A stretch of DNA of 26,055 bases from a virus (lineage: Duplodnaviria; Caudoviricetes). Position numbers and translations under genes: made by a program. The notes below the pieces were generated by a model that was given only the letters and a program-made list of their open reading frames with translations, did not search any database and was not told the DNA's origin. Shown here piece after piece: positions 25,239 through 26,055 of this stretch. Location of the stretch: IMG/VR virus record IMGVR_UViG_3300027985_000723, positions 1-26,055 of that record, one strand, 5' to 3'. How positions within the stretch are numbered: the stretch's first letter is position 1; each line of letters begins with the position of its first letter.

Positions 25239-25285
25239 CTGCAAATATTGCTGTCAAACACTGCAAAAATTCGTGTCACGCTACA
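25239..25285. repeat. Predicted right end of the prophage: two transposase-binding repeats and terminal CA
   Basis: CTGCAAATATTGCTGTCA (25239-56) and CTGCAAAAATTCGTGTCA (25261-78), 15/18 identical, 22-bp period, then CGCTACA; the minus strand reads TGTAGCG... Confidence 0.72.
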
Positions 25286-25387
25286 TCCGTAGATACCAAG
25301 GGCATCGTGCATGCTGGAGGTCAGCTCTCGATTGCGAGTGGTCTTGTGCAGTCTTTGGCATTTTATCCGGCTGGGACGCTGGCCTGA
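25286..25387 (+). pseudogene. Start-less 3' fragment of an interrupted gene (33 codons: SVDTKGIVHAGGQLSIASGLVQSLAFYPAGTLA*)
   Basis: Protein-like reading begins exactly after the CA at 25285. There is no ATG/GTG/TTG in frame between the upstream TAA (25199) and the junction. Resembles the C-terminal strands of phage fibre/lectin domains. Confidence 0.45.
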
Positions 25388-25434
25388 CGATAGGTCTCGT
25401 ATTGAGATTTCCGCGGGGCATCTGCAGAAAATTT

Positions 25435-25483
25435 TTGTCCGGAAGTTATTGCACAGTTGTCCGAAAGCTGTCGCGCCGCCACA
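25435..25483. repeat. Second, different Mu-type right end
   Basis: TTGTCCGGAAGTTATTGC (25435-52) and TTGTCCGAAAGCTGTCGC (25457-74), 14/18 identical, 22-bp period, then GCCGCCACA. The minus strand TGTGGCGGCGC resembles Mu attR TGAAGCGGCGC. Confidence 0.62.
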
Positions 25484-25509
25484 CAGAGTCCATGCTTTGC
25501 TCGACATGC

Positions 25510-25592
25510 TACCCAAACGATACCCACGAGAAGCTAGGGTTAACTTCGCGCGAATAACCCCGCGTTTAGGATATTGTTTTTATTGATTTAAA
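25510..25592. other. Possible integrase-island attachment flank next to the tRNA 3' end
   Basis: TACCCA direct repeats 11 bp apart (25510, 25521), dyad GGGTTA...TAACCC (25537-60), and a very AT-rich 25566-92 abutting the tRNA CCA. Confidence 0.4.
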
Positions 25593-25668
25593 TGGTGCCC
25601 AGAGCCGGAATCGAACCAGCGACACGCGGATTTTCAATCCGCTGCTCTACCAACTGAGCTATCTGGGC
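25593..25668 (-). tRNA. tRNA-Phe (GAA), 76 nt, CCA encoded
   Basis: Reverse complement GCCCAGATAGCTCAGTTGGTAGAGCAGCGGATTGAAAATCCGCGTGTCGCTGGTTCGATTCCGGCTCTGGGCACCA folds as a cloverleaf; anticodon stem GCGGA/TCCGC with loop TTGAAAA. Confidence 0.98.
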
Positions 25669-25710
25669 ACCGGGGCGTCGCGGCTTGGCCGTTCCGGCGT
25701 TGGTGCGGGG

Positions 25711-25739
25711 TTACTAGACGAGGGCGCGGGGGCTGTCCA
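25711..25739 (-). promoter_or_regulatory. Sigma70-type promoter of tRNA-Phe
   Basis: Minus strand TGGACA-17 bp-TAGTAA followed by a GC-rich discriminator; lacks the -7 T, as is common in alphaproteobacteria. Confidence 0.65.
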
Positions 25740-25833
25740 GAGGGTTTTGCGGGTTTTCGGCAGAATTCATTCCGGGATTGACCTGGCGCCCCCCGGCGCG
25801 CAGGTTGCCGCGGCCCGCACGGAGAACACCTTC

Positions 25834-26055
25834 TTGAAGAAGTCCTTTTTCACCTGCCTCGCCCTGTTTGTGGGCCTCCATCCGGTCTTTGCGGAACCAT
25901 CCGCCCCCGCCTCCGTCGGGCAGGATCACGACAGCATGCTGCGCCTGCGCGCCGAAGCCGTGGCGGCAACCGAGAAGTTGGGCCCGCCACTCGAGGCACT
26001 GCTCGCCGGGCTGCGGGGCTGGACCTGTGCCCCCGACCCGCGCCCAGTGCAGCAC
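25834..26055 (+). CDS. Host hypothetical exported protein, partial (runs off the window)
   Basis: SD GGAGA at 25821, TTG start, signal-peptide-like MKKSFFTCLALFVGLHPVFA-EP, open for 74 codons to the window end; not in the ORF track. Confidence 0.6.
   Translation, partial: MKKSFFTCLALFVGLHPVFAEPSAPASVGQDHDSMLRLRAEAVAATEKLGPPLEALLAGLRGWTCAPDPRPVQH

Larger units (their letters stand above)
1..25285 (+). mobile_element. Mu-like transposable prophage with siphovirus-type tail; late (lysis/head/tail) region and right end; left part lies outside the window
   Basis: Co-directional, tightly overlapping gene set in Mu order (terminase, DUF935 portal, MuF, gpG, protease I/Z, capsid, gp36, gp37). No sheath or baseplate genes. 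Ends in two 22-bp-spaced repeats followed by ...CGCTACA at 25285. Confidence 0.92.

Noticed and set aside
22243-25285. Diversity-generating retroelement or invertible tail-fibre cassette
   Set aside because: No reverse transcriptase, invertase, TR/VR pair or flanking inverted crossover sites are visible in the window.
25239-25474. Short repeats as a CRISPR mini-array
   Set aside because: Only pairs of 18-bp repeats with 4-bp gaps; no spacers or cas genes.
25154-25586. ORFs 25154-25516 (-), 25273-25557 (+) and 25311-25586 (+)
   Set aside because: They run across the terminal repeat structures, have atypical composition and show no family motifs.
25593-25668. tRNA-Phe as the attachment site of this prophage, or as a phage-encoded tRNA
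   Set aside because: The gene content is of the transposable type with CA-terminated ends upstream; the tRNA has its own host-like promoter on the far side.
25714-26055. 113-aa minus-strand ORF
   Set aside because: It would run over the tRNA promoter; the opposite-strand frame from 25834 has an SD and a signal peptide and is more credible.

Overview
Nearly the whole window (1 to ~25285) is the late half of a Mu-like transposable prophage with a long non-contractile tail, in a high-GC, probably alphaproteobacterial host. Gene order: lysis-type membrane proteins, small and large terminase, DUF935 portal, MuF fused to a C-terminal PBECR2-type RNase, gpG, protease/scaffold, decoration and major capsid proteins, two accessory ORFs (one Gp49/Sf6-gp66 family, a candidate anti-CBASS sponge), head-tail connectors, tail tube, frameshifted tail chaperones, a tape measure with an M15 peptidase, a lambda-like tail tip and an SGNH-esterase tail fibre. 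The most striking unexplained signal is a compact two-hairpin element with exactly complementary 6-nt loops (kissing loop). It sits directly behind the MuF-RNase gene, where an immunity ORF would be expected, and is a candidate RNA antitoxin. The right end looks nested. One transposase-type end (25285) is followed by a start-less gene tail, a second and different Mu-type end (25483), an integrase-island-like flank, and then a host tRNA-Phe and a partial secreted-protein gene. All family assignments come from motif recognition and synteny; no searches were run.
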